DNA from: Octopus sinensis
Taxonomy: Eukaryota
Length of the DNA stretch: 64,000 nucleotides
Direction: 5' to 3'
NCBI RefSeq assembly: GCF_006345805.1
Contig: NC_043010.1
Coordinates: forward strand, 29,140,001 to 29,204,000
Position numbers and translations under genes: made by a program. Of the stretch, positions 52,558 through 64,000 are shown in pieces; the stretch's first letter is position 1, and each line of letters begins with the position of its first letter. The notes under the pieces were generated by a model, which was given only the letters and a program-made list of their open reading frames with translations, searched no databases and had not been told where the DNA came from.

Positions 52558-53177
52558 GTAAACTATACTTTATTTCTTTGTTAGAGTTCGTTTTCTGTTT
52601 CTTAGTCTTTTCGGCAGTTCACCTGTTTGTTTTGTCAACAATCTGAAATGAAGTAAAACCTATATTTTGTTTGACTTATTAGGTTGACGTAGTTATTGCT
52701 TCTTGTTGCTCAGTTCCAGCCCAGCCCAGCCCCAATAAAGCCGGCTTATGATCAAGGGCGATCCAGCCGTGACATATCCCATCTTTATATATATCTTCGT
52801 CTGATGTGAGTTGAATATTTTTAAGACAATAGAGTTGAAGTCAGAGATTTGGTTGTTATTTTTAGAAGGTCGAATGATTGCATTATCTAGTGCTGTCATC
52901 AAAATTTTCCTTTTATTGAAGCAGTTCAGAAAAAAATTTCGAATCACCTATCCTAATGCTTTGTGCCATGGGGTTCCGATTTTTATTGCTACTACAATCT
53001 TCCAATCAGCACTTACTTTTCTTATTTCAAAGATTCTGTTCCAAAAATTAGCTTCCAAAACATTTTAACATTTCCTACATTTACTCTTGTCTGCAGAATT
53101 TTATTGGTTTATTTGCAAGAGCACATTTTAGAAGGAAATCTTTTCTATATCACCAGACATTTTAAATCAATAATTTA

Positions 53178-53623
53178 GGCGCAGGAGTGGCTGTGTGGTA
53201 AGTAGCATGCTTACCAACCACATGGTTCCGGGTTCAGTCCCACTGCGTGGCACCATGGGCAAGTGTCTTCTACTTTAGCCTCGGGCCGACCAAAGCCTTG
53301 TGAGTGGATTTGGTAGGCGGAAACTGAAAGAAGCCCGTCGTATATATGTATATATATATATATATTATATATATATATATATACATATTAGTGTGTGTGT
53401 GTGGTGTGTGTGTGTGTGTCTATGTTTGTCCCCCCACCACATCGCTTGACAACCGATGCTGGGTGTTTTACGTCCCAATAACTTAGCGGTTCGGTAAAAG
53501 ATACCGATAGAATAAGTACTAGGCTTACAAAGAATAAGTCCTGGGGTCGATTTGCTCGACTAAAAGCGGTGCTCCAGCATGGCTGCTGTCAAATGACTGA
53601 AACAAGTAAAAGAGTAAAAAGAG
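53178..53623 (+). mobile_element. tRNA-derived CORE-type SINE (octopus OR-like) with internal (TA)n/(TG)n
   Basis: ggcgcaggagtggctgtgtggtaag head, gggttcagtccc B box and atgggcaagtgtctt CORE-like box. Confidence 0.8.
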
Positions 53624-54003
53624 CTTCAAATCGCCCACCTTTTATTTACTTATCATCATACAGAACCTATTCTTCATATTTTTTGTTATAAAAGAAGTCT
53701 AGTAAACAGCATTTGATTTTTTTTTTGTTACGTTATGTATGGTGTCTAATCTTTATTCCATTATGGGTTTCTACCACTATACCTGAAAAGTGACATGGAT
53801 TATGTGTAAATATCTGCAAGAATTTATTTTTACCAATTACGTTTAAACATCGACTTTAAACCCTCTGAAATATTCCTTTCTGAAAAAAAAAATCCTTCTT
53901 TATTTTATTCAAACTCTGTTATATCTAAGTATTGAGTGATTGTTTTATGTAACCAGGTATTCTTTGAATTTTCAAAGTAAATCTCAGGAATTTACTGTTC
54001 CCA

Positions 54004-54043
<40 letters not shown>

Positions 54044-54053
54044 TCTCTCTATA

Positions 54054-54104
<51 letters not shown>

Positions 54105-54175
54105 TATGATTGATTCTAGTTTCAGCTCATGAGCTGTGGCCATGCTGGGGCACCGCCATTTAATATATTGCGCCC

Positions 54176-54278
<103 letters not shown>

Positions 54279-54603
54279 AATACGAGTGAGTGAATAAACG
54301 AACGATAAACGCTTCAGAGGTCAGTTTTGCTTTTCATCCTCCCTAGTCGATGAATTAAAGTATCTGTCGGGTACTGATGTCGGTTTAATATCTCGACGAA
54401 ACATCTTATATATGAATGTAATTATCATAGAAAAATTCCGTTTTAATGCAGTAACCACTTCATGCAAGGTATTTAAACTAGCCTTCTTAGGTTTCTGCTA
54501 TCCACTGCCCTGCAGTTTTTAAATATCTAATTTAAGCAACGTTACAATAACGTTACAGGTTTCCAAGTTTCTCCTTATGATGATTATTTTCTTCTTGTTT
54601 TAG

Positions 54604-55776
54604 GTACTGGATGCGGTGTCTGTTATACAGCTGCCATGGTTGTTATTAGTTACCATTTTGATCGCTATTTAGGACTAGCATCTGGGATTGCTATCAGCGC
54701 ACAAGGATTTGGGACAGTGATGATAAACATTATTGAAACTACTGTGAATTTCTACGGGTTGCGTAACTTTTACTTATTACTAGCTGGGTATGTCCTTCAA
54801 AATTTTGTTTTTGGGGCTCTTTTACGGACGTCTGTGCACGAACAAAACCAGAGTAAAAAAGTTAAAAATGTCTCAATACTGACTGGCAAAAACAACATTG
54901 TTTACAAATCGGATGAATCTGTCAACGAAAGTAAATCAAAATCTGAGAATTTAACCATCCCCTCCAGTGAATCCCCACATAATCCAAACGGACAGTATCG
55001 TCATGAGATCCAATATAACTGCGAAGAAATCAACACTAGAACTAAAGATTTTGACCAAGAAAGCTTGGATAAAAACAGCACTGATAAAACTAATGGTAAA
55101 TTAGACCAACCCTCAGAATATCCAAACAAAGAAAAATCTACTGATGAAATTGAAATGAAAGACAATTTCGACTCGCAGCACTTGCAATCTTTAGAAGCCC
55201 TAGACATAGATGTAAATGGGCAACCAAGCAACACATTCACTAAAAAAAATCATTTACAGAAATCAAGTATAGTTAGCGACTGCAACGAAAAAGAAACCTG
55301 TTTCGGAAAATATGTGGCAGTTCTGAAGAATTACAGGTTTATCATATTAGCTCTATTCGTCTTTCTTTTTTCATGCGCCGAAAGTACCTTTCATATTATG
55401 CTTCCATCTTACTTCATGGAAAACGGATCGACAAAAGCACAAGTCGCGCAAGTATTCTCTTTCGTTGGAATCGTTTCTGCATTCAGCCGGTTTCTAACCG
55501 GATTAATTCTGAACAAAAACATTTTATCACTCACTATTCTATTCTCGGTGCCATCATTTCTGCTTGCAATCTGTAGTTTCTTCGTGCCTTATTTCATCCA
55601 GATATATTGGGGCCAGCTTATATACTGTCTTTTGTTTGCTACGTTCAATTTCACTGTTTATGCACTTGTTAATAGAATATGTATCGTGATTGTCGGTGTA
55701 AAAGGAACTGCTGAAGCTATTGGCATGCTCATGTTAGCATGGGGTTTGGGTTCCTTAACTGGATCACCTGTCACAG
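54604..55776 (+). CDS. SLC16/MCT-family transporter, coding exon 3 (TM4-TM11 with long cytoplasmic loop)
   Basis: Acceptor ttgttttag at 54603, in frame with exon 2. Translates GTGCGVCYTAAMVVISYHFDRYLGLASGIAISAQGFG, then a hydrophilic loop, then TM7-11 ending AIGMLMLAWGLGSLTGSPVTG|gtaaat, the usual MCT intron position after GxPxxG. Confidence 0.9.
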
Positions 55777-58095
55777 GTAAATATTTAATTGTACATATTT
55801 TTGTTTTGAATTGGTTTGTTGTTATTTTTATGTTTCAACCAAAGGAGGAACGGTAGCACATATAACCGTTTCAGAAACCTCGAAACTGGTGGAAGAAAGA
55901 GTGTAAGTTATCTTTAAACAGGAAACCCAGACTAAATTCTAGCAACAAAGTGTTCTTTGTTAAGTGAAACGGTGACTACGACGAACTTCCACACAAGTTT
56001 TAGCTGTTGTTGTTGTAGATATTACTGCGGTCATCAGTATTGTTGTATTGTTATAACCGTTGTCTTTGTTGATATTTTCGTTGTGATAGTTGCTATTACT
56101 ACATACGTAAAAGAACAGGTACTGTTAAAGAAATAAGCTGAAATGGTACTTAATAAAAGTATAGATATATCTTACATTTCATAAATTTTATAGACTTGTT
56201 AAATAAAACATATCATATATTACCAGGTTAGATTCTGATCAAACTTCATTTACCAAAAGTAGTGTATTTTGTAAATAATGGAATGCGTGTAATAGTGATT
56301 ATAATCAATATAATATGAATTCCATAAGTATATTATATAAATATCATTAAGACATGTCCTATATATAAAGAAGTTACGGTGAAGCATATATGCATTATAA
56401 TATACAAATTTAATTGAATGTTGGTTCAGTGCATATACTTCCAACGGATAATATGAGCTTTCGTATAAAATATATTACAATATACATATGTATGCATGTT
56501 GTTTGATGATCTGATGAGCGTACTTTCTTTATTTGCTTTGATTTGTGAATATACAATTGTGTAATGCCGAGCATGCATATTAATGCAAACAAGTAAGTAT
56601 AATTTCTTCCATACTGAAATTAATACAACACGAAAAAGATTGCGAAACGGCCGTAACCCTTAGAATGTCACGTAGTTAAATAAATATATACTCACCTCTC
56701 ATACTTCCTCACTTTTATGGTTTATGCAACTGACAGAGAAGCGTGGAGGGATACGATATGGGGCAGTGTTAAAGATTTTTAGCTTCGCAAAGTTAAGCAC
56801 TCAGAAATGAAAAGAAAATTTCGTGAAAATGAGATTAATATCATTGGCGTGGCGAGTGTTTCTCATGCCTTCTTTAAATGTTCTTATCTCACGCGTATCT
56901 CATGCTAGTATGAAATCACACCAGCTCCCCCATGCGGATAAGGCAAACATGAACTATTGGAATTTCATTCTGGATGACTAGCTTCAATGAAAAGTCTGTC
57001 GTCGAAAAACCTGCAAGTCATGTGGACGATTGAAGCAGCACTTAAACATTCATAATAAGCACGTGTAAAATGGAACCAGAGCTGGAATGAGATGCTGCTA
57101 CTTGGAAGTTTTTACTAATATATAATTATATATATAATTTTATATATATAATTTTATTATATATATAATTATATATATAATTTTACTAATATATAATTAT
57201 AATCAAGGATAATTAAGGATAAGATCTGTATAGGATTCTATCAAGTAGCTAGCATGTAAAACCAATTAAGGCCCAAAATCAATATAGTTAATAATTATAA
57301 AATTATAATAAGGGCAACTATCAAGTAATGCCACGTTAGAAGACGCCAAATGACTCTAAAACAACTTTATTTATCATATAGACACGGCTGAAAGCGAGGG
57401 TATAAAGAAAAAAATATTTTGAAAAAGTTTAGCCATAGAGTGGCCATTTTGAATCCAGCTGCTCTTTTTTTGCTCTCATTGTTTGATAAAGCGCACTCTC
57501 TGAAATGCCGCCACAAGTGAGATCATTTTTATGCAAGACTCAATGACTGCAGCAGGAGTTTCCCATTAACTTAAAGTGAAAACAATAGCGTTTGAAAAAT
57601 GAAAGTGAAAACAATAGAGAGTGAGAGGGATATAAAGAGGGGGGGGAGAGAAAGTTAGCTAGCTAGATAAACAATATAGATATAGGTAGATAGATAAGAT
57701 ATAGACAGATAGATAAGGAGAGATAGACAGATATAGAGACAGAGATTGATAGAGAGATAGAGAGAGATGGATAGAGTGATATAGACAGAGAGATATAGAC
57801 GTCACTGACGCTAGAAAATCGGAAGTAAATATTTTCAAAAACTTTTAAAGACGAGAATCTAATATAAAGAGCAATATTTTTTATGACCAATGAAAGGAAG
57901 ACAATCAGTTTCTGAAAGTTACTTCACAAAGAGTTACCTCCATTCTCCACGTGACCCAGGAACAGATATTCTCTGTCCCCATTATATGAAAAATTTTAAG
58001 AGTCTAAAAGCATCCCTGGAGCATAAATAATTTATATTCCCAATTTGGAGAAAGTCAGTTGAAAAATATGGCTGTTATAATCACACACACGCACG

Positions 58096-58144
<49 letters not shown>

Positions 58145-58164
58145 CGGGATTTCTTTTATATATA

Positions 58165-58509
58165 TTAACTCCACCTTAGCGACGGAGGTTGTATTTGTTT
58201 GCTTGGTTGTTTGTTTATCCGTGGACAAGATATCTCAAGAACCGTTGGATGGATTCGGATGAAACTTTCAGGGATCTTTGGCCTCGTGACTGGCACGAAC
58301 TTCTTAGATTTTAGGATCGATTCGCTACAGGACAACGATTCTGGATTATTTTCCCGGAAATTTTTACTTAATTTTTGAGCGCGATCGGGTTGATTTTTAG
58401 TATTCTCATTTATGGGAGCAGTCAACTTTATTTCACATATTTCATTTTAAAAACCATCTCCGGCACGTTGGTGTTGCTTTGGTGGAGGTTTGCACTCCTT
58501 GAGTACTCT

Positions 58510-58512
<3 letters not shown>
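58165..58512 (+). mobile_element. Non-autonomous DNA element (MITE or Helentron-associated-like)
   Basis: Short subterminal actccacc...ggaggt and ggtggaggt motifs; second copy at 23340-23503. The superfamily call is inference. Confidence 0.45.
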
Positions 58513-58568
<56 letters not shown>

Positions 58569-58939
58569 ATATATATATATGTATATATAAATGTATGTGT
58601 ATTTTTTCAATATGTACAAATAACGGAAAAAAATAAATAGTTACCAGGGTAGCAAAAAATTCACATAAGTACCAAGGATGTTACAGCCAACTTATAAAGA
58701 TAGAAATTCCAGGGTTTAGTGAAATGTTTTTGTATAACAGATAAATAAAGAAGTGGGGTTTAATGCAGGTGTTCTTCAAATTTTTATACTTCCGACATAT
58801 GTTTCGAAGAAAACATTGCTATTATTCCAGAGGAAATAAAATTATGTAAAACTATACGATCTTCTCATCAGGGTTAAAAAGGGAAACAAAAGACATCAAT
58901 AAGCCATTTTAATCGAATGTGATGACTGCAGCCATTACA

Positions 58940-60165
58940 TTCGGTTAAAATGGTTTATTGATGTTTTATATTCAGTTTTGGATGCTGGTAGCGCAGGGCT
59001 TGGAATGTTTCAACATTAAACTTCATATTATTATTCCCAGACCATCTGTAAATTGAGTCCAACTCCTGCTGCAGGTGGGCAACATCGCTGGGGTTCTGTA
59101 TTTTCTGCAAGACTTTCGTATCGTCTGCGTAGCTAGCAAGGGTGGCTATCCGGGCAGTTGAGGACATATCTGAGAGGGCCACTATGAAAAGCAGTGGTCC
59201 CAAGACAGCACCCTGTTGAACACCGCTCACTATTTCTGTGTTCATCGAGGTGGCTCCATTGGCCACTGCTGCCTAACGTCTATCGTACAGAAAGTCATGT
59301 AATCACTCTCCAAGTTTTCCAGCTATGCTGAGATCACGCACTTTGTGGCAAATCATACCATGCTCAACTTTATCCAACCCCTTTGCAAAATCAAGGTATA
59401 TTGCGTCCACATTTGAGTTGTTGAGCAACTGCCTCAACACCCAGTCATAGTGCTGTAAGAGCTAGGTCAGGCAGCTCCTACATGGTCGAAAGCCATGCTG
59501 GGTATCACTCAGCAAGTCATTTTGTTCAACGAATGCGATTAGTTTCCCTCTGACTATCCGTTCCATGACTTTGTTGATGTGTGAAGTCAGAGAGATAGGC
59601 ATCTGCTCTGCCTTCCCCTTTATGGATTGGGCATATTATTTTCTCCTTCAGCTTGCTTGGCAGCCTGCCATTTGCAAGAAGGCTTTGGAAGAGAATCTGT
59701 AGTGGTTTCGCAAGGGCATGCTTACGCGATTTGAGGAGGATTGCTGGGAAACCATCAGGACCAGCAGTTGAGACGGCTTTTGGTTTTGACTTAATCTTTT
59801 TATAACCCATGTTTCTCTGTCTGTTCTCTCCCTTACATAGGATTGTTGCAGGGTTTTTTTCCATCTCCATCAGTGTTCTTTTTTAGGCGGGACCTTTCAC
59901 TACTTTGGGAGTGTTGTTTGAAGCAATTTGCAACCTTCGTGCTTTGTCTTATGAGGATCTTCCTCTCTTTGGAATCTTGTTCCTTTTTGTGTTGGTCTTG
60001 TGCTCTATGACATATTTTTGGCATATGTTTTGCATAACAGATATGAAATATTCTAGTTTCATGCCAATGTCTGGTGTTGAGAGACATTTCTGTCTTTGCT
60101 CTCCTCGTCCAGTTCTTTGCTCTCCTACTTTGGAGCCATTTTCGTTTTCTAAGCCCAGAGGGTAG
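58940..60165 (-). mobile_element. CR1-like LINE RT fragment
   Basis: AGPDGFPAILLK, VSGVQQGAVLGPLLFIVALSDM and YADDTKV. Confidence 0.85.
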
Positions 60166-60720
60166 GAAAGGGTAGAGAGGAAGTGAGAGAGACAGAGGGG
60201 GTAGAGAGGAATAAAGACAGAGGGAGGGAGAGGGCAATAGAGAGAATGATATGAAGGAAAGAGAGTTGGTGATATGAAGAAAAAAAAAGAGGGTATGGAG
60301 CGATAGCGAGACAGAGGGAGGGAGGAGGGAAGGGAACGAGAGACAGAGTGTAGGAGAGAGAGGTGAGAATAAAGGATGTGAGGGAAAGGGAGAGAAGAAA
60401 AGGGAAAGTGAGAAGTATATGACGGGGAGGGTGAGATGAGAGGGGAAGAGGTAGATGTAGAGAGAGACAAAGGAACGGAGAGAAAAGTGAGAAAATGTGG
60501 AAGATATGAAAGAGAGGGAGACAGAGTGAGGGGAAAGGGATGAGAAAAAGAGGAAAATATGGACGAGAGCGGGAGAGAGGTAGGTGTAAAGAGAGACAAA
60601 GGGAGGAAGAGAGAAGCGGGAAAAGGAGGAAGATATAAAAGGGAAAGAGAGAGGAAGAGGAAGGTATGAAAGAGAGAGTGGGGAGGAGCAGGTAACGAAT
60701 ATATGAAGGAAAGTGAAAAA
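60166..60720. repeat. Polypurine (GA-rich) low-complexity tract
   Basis: Direct reading. Confidence 0.9.
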
Positions 60721-61333
60721 CAAACGGTATAGATCGAGAGGGCGCCTGTAAAAGTGAAAAACGATAGTGAAAAGAAAGGTTTCATATCGAATTCGCTACC
60801 GTAAACGTTTCAAATAGAACGTAAACGAAGAGGTCGCTGTAAGAAAAAGTTAAATGAAAAACGATAGAGATAAAAGGAAAAGGTTTCCTAACGAATTCGC
60901 TACCATAAATTTTCAAATAGACTCTAGAGAAACAATACGTCTTAGCTCAAATGTTCATCCGGTATTACCAAAGATAAACCAAAATAAGCAAGATGGGTAG
61001 GATACTAATTCCCAAGAGGTAAAATTCCAATCCTTGTTCTTGTACGAAGTTTTGTTTCAAAGAAGAATCGTGTTACACGCGGCCGCAAATAAAAGTACGA
61101 TTTATCACCACGTGCTTTCTTTGAGGATAACTCTGGCTTGCGTCACTGACTTTAATGTAATATATTAATTATTTTAACATTATATTATAGTAGACCGTTA
61201 TGAAATAACAAGTACTGCGTTTTTTGTCAGTTTTAGCAGATTTTTCATCGATTTAGGCAACCCTTTTAGGTTGTTTCAAGAGCACGAAATCACGTCTTTC
61301 CACTACGAAACCGGAAGTATCATATTCATATTC

Positions 61334-61364
<31 letters not shown>

Positions 61365-62646
61365 ATGTTGTATTTGGGAATGGTCGTGTTGCCAGTTTAG
61401 CTAATAAAAACACACGCACTATATATTAGGCGTTCACTTGCTTCAGCTTTATTTAATATTAATCGTATTTCGGCCAGAGTTCTTTCGTTATACTTCTGTG
61501 ACCTCATGAGTGGTCCTTATCTTATTTGTTCATTAATATTCGAAACCTAGGTACAAGTGGTAACTGTTGAAAATGTTTTTATTTTATGACCATCATGGTG
61601 GGAAAAGAAATCTGTAGTTATGGATGATCATAACTTTCAGAAAAATGGATATTTTTTAATAAAATTTTCTACGAATATGTGTTATATCATGTAGGGGGGT
61701 AAGTGTTTTAGGAGGGAGCGGGGAAATTTTGAAAATTCACCTGAGTCCACTTCAATTCGTCTTAACGCTCAAGAAAATGGATATTTTTTAATGAAATTCT
61801 CTACAAATATACCTCGGAATATTATAAGATTAGATTCACTTCTTTAAAAAGGTTTCACACTGTCAACGTCCGGTATTCACATAAAAACTGCGAAGTCTGT
61901 CCTTGTCTACTTTTAATGTTTTCATTTCAAATTTTAATTCGCTCTTTGTAAACAGCTTCGATAAATTACAGAAAGAAATATTTACAAAGTTAACAAATTT
62001 AAATATTTTAACGTGCTTTTATTTATACGATTTTTTCATTCCATGTCTATCTCATTCATTATTTGCAATGTTCTGTCTCTCTCTCTCTCTCTCAGTTTCA
62101 CACACACACACACACACAAACACACATGCTCCAGGTTTGATTTCTTTATTACACAAATATCACACTAAAATTTTGCAATTCAACATGGGGCGTCCAAAAA
62201 ATATGGGCATTATTTTGCTGGAACTTGCACACTTCGTTAATTTACGTAAACTTTTTTTACCTATTTTTTTTTCACGCCGTGTTCAGCTCTATGTATTTGT
62301 AGTTAGTCACATACGCACACATGTTTTTGTATGTACGTTTGTATACATTCATATATGTGTGTGTGTGTTTGTGTGTGAGTGAGTGAAGGTGTGTGTTGTC
62401 ATGTATACGTACATATATAAATGCATATGCATACACCTTTTTTGCATACATGTATGTGAGAGACAGTGATATCTAAGTGGCACACTCTCTCTCACACGCG
62501 CACACATACATACAAGAAAGATGTGTGCACGTATATATGACAACACACCCCTTCACTCTCTCTCTCTCTCTCACACTCACACACACATACACACATGCCC
62601 ATTTCATCAGATGTTTGATATTGTATGTATATGTATCTGTGTGTGA

Positions 62647-62717
<71 letters not shown>

Positions 62718-62720
62718 GCG

Positions 62721-63745
62721 TTAGACAATCGCCATAAAAAGCAGAGGAATTTTCTTTCTTAATGCTCCTGGTGACACAGGTAAAACATTTGTAACATTGC
62801 TTCTCTCCAAAGTAAGGCAATAAAAAAAATTGCAGTTGCTGTACCATTGTCTGGCTTTGCTGCCACCAGCCCAGAAAGACGAACAGCTCATTCTGCTTTC
62901 AAATTACCACTAAACCTGGTCACCAGTGACAGTCTAATTTGTAACATAAGCAAAGATTCAGGTTCAGCAGAAGTTTTGTGCCACTGCCACCTTATCATTT
63001 GGGATGAATGCACCATGTCACGTAGAGGTGCAATGGAAGCTCTTCTTAAGACCTTACAGGACATCAGAGACAACAATAAATTTATGGGAGGAGTTACATT
63101 AGTTTTATCAGGAGACTTCTGATAGACATTACCAGTCGTTCTGAGACGAAAAAGATCTGATGAAATAAAAGTATGCATTAAGTCTTCACACCTATGGCAT
63201 AAAGTACTGAAATTCTCCTTCAATACTAACGTGCGAGCTTCGTTACATGGGGACTAAGGCGCAAAACATTTTTCAACCTGGCTCCTCCAATTAGGAAATG
63301 GGTAAGTACCATTTGATGGGAATGGTGATAGCAGTTTGGCTCATATTGCTATCATAGTGAATTCCCCAGCTGAATTGAAGAACAGGGTATTGCCAGACTT
63401 AACTAATAATTATAAATCACACAAATGGTTGAGTGAAAGGGCAATTCTTACTCCAAAAAATGAGACAGTTGCAAGAATTAACCATGAATTAATGAATAAG
63501 ATTCCAAAAGTCATTAAGGAGTACAAATCAGTTGATTCAGTCCGTGATGAAAATCAATCTGTTCGTTACCCAACAGAGTTCCTTAATTCTCTTGAGCCAC
63601 CTGGAATTCCTCCACAAACTTTTTCTGAAGGTAGGAGTCCCAATAATGCCTCTAAGAAATTTAGATCCTCCTAAATTATGCAAAGGGACAGGGTTAATTG
63701 TAAATACATTATCACCTAATGTAACAGAAGCTACCATCCAAATGG
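62721..63745 (+). mobile_element. Helitron RepHel PIF1-like helicase remnant
   Basis: FFLNAPGDTGKTF (Walker A), RTAHSAFKLPL, LIIWDECTM, GGVTLVLSGDF and YPTEFLNSLEPPGIPP; stops and frameshifts present. Confidence 0.88.
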
Positions 63746-64000
63746 GATCGTCTGAATCTACATCCTATCTCAGATACAGCTACGTATTCCAGGAATTAAT
63801 GGAGGTCTATATAGGGACGACACGTTATTCTTCATACATAGATGTAGTAAAGTACAGCGACAAAAATAAAAGGGATCCTTATTATATATGCATATATAAT
63901 CCAAGAAAATGTGTAGTAAATAAACATATGAATATATATTAAATACACAGACGAACAGAAAACACAGAAGGTCACCAACTACTCTTCAGTTATTGGCCAG

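Noticed and set aside
53178-53250. tRNA-like sequence with A and B boxes (similar heads at 13320-13393 and 18810-18880)
   Set aside because: These are SINE heads that continue into CORE and tail domains; no complete cloverleaf is present.
55999-56060. Candidate terminal exon AVVVVDITAVISIVVLL after ttttag
   Set aside because: Derived from a (GTT)n-like stretch, with no resemblance to MCT loop 11-12/TM12.
56700-57110. Possible Tc1/mariner C-terminal remnant (EKVCRRK...LKQHL)
   Set aside because: Too degenerate to support; no DDE/D motif or TIR was identified.
59833-60785. 296-aa and 278-aa Ser/Leu/Pro/Phe-rich ORFs
   Set aside because: Produced by the polypurine tract running into out-of-frame CR1 sequence.

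Overview
AT-rich, microsatellite-dense eukaryotic genomic DNA, most likely cephalopod (Octopus-like; inferred from the SINE types and repeat landscape, not from a database search). One host gene is supported: three coding exons (34427-34619, 52414-52557, 54604-55776, + strand, phase-1 GT-AG introns) of an SLC16/monocarboxylate-transporter-family MFS protein; its last exon was not found. The rest is transposon debris: a long L1/Tx1-like LINE with a nested RTE, R4/Dong-like LINEs in (TAA)n arrays, Penelope-like elements, CR1, Gypsy, Helitron, hAT, piggyBac and Merlin remnants, and several SINE families. Most ORFs in the supplied track are microsatellite artefacts. The most interesting signals are RNA/DNA structures. 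(1) An intact type I hammerhead ribozyme sits in a 463-bp tandem unit (retrozyme or Penelope pLTR-like) folded into a ~1.2-kb palindrome in intron 1 of the transporter gene, and about nine more minimal or degenerate hammerhead-like motifs are scattered across the window. (2) A 695-bp MITE with 280-bp TIRs and an 8-bp TSD carries a telomeric (TTAGGG)n core, close to decayed Merlin transposases. (3) A nest of (TAA)n-targeted retroelements alternates with SINEs right up to a splice acceptor. All alignments and folds were done by eye, so coordinates of degenerate elements are approximate.
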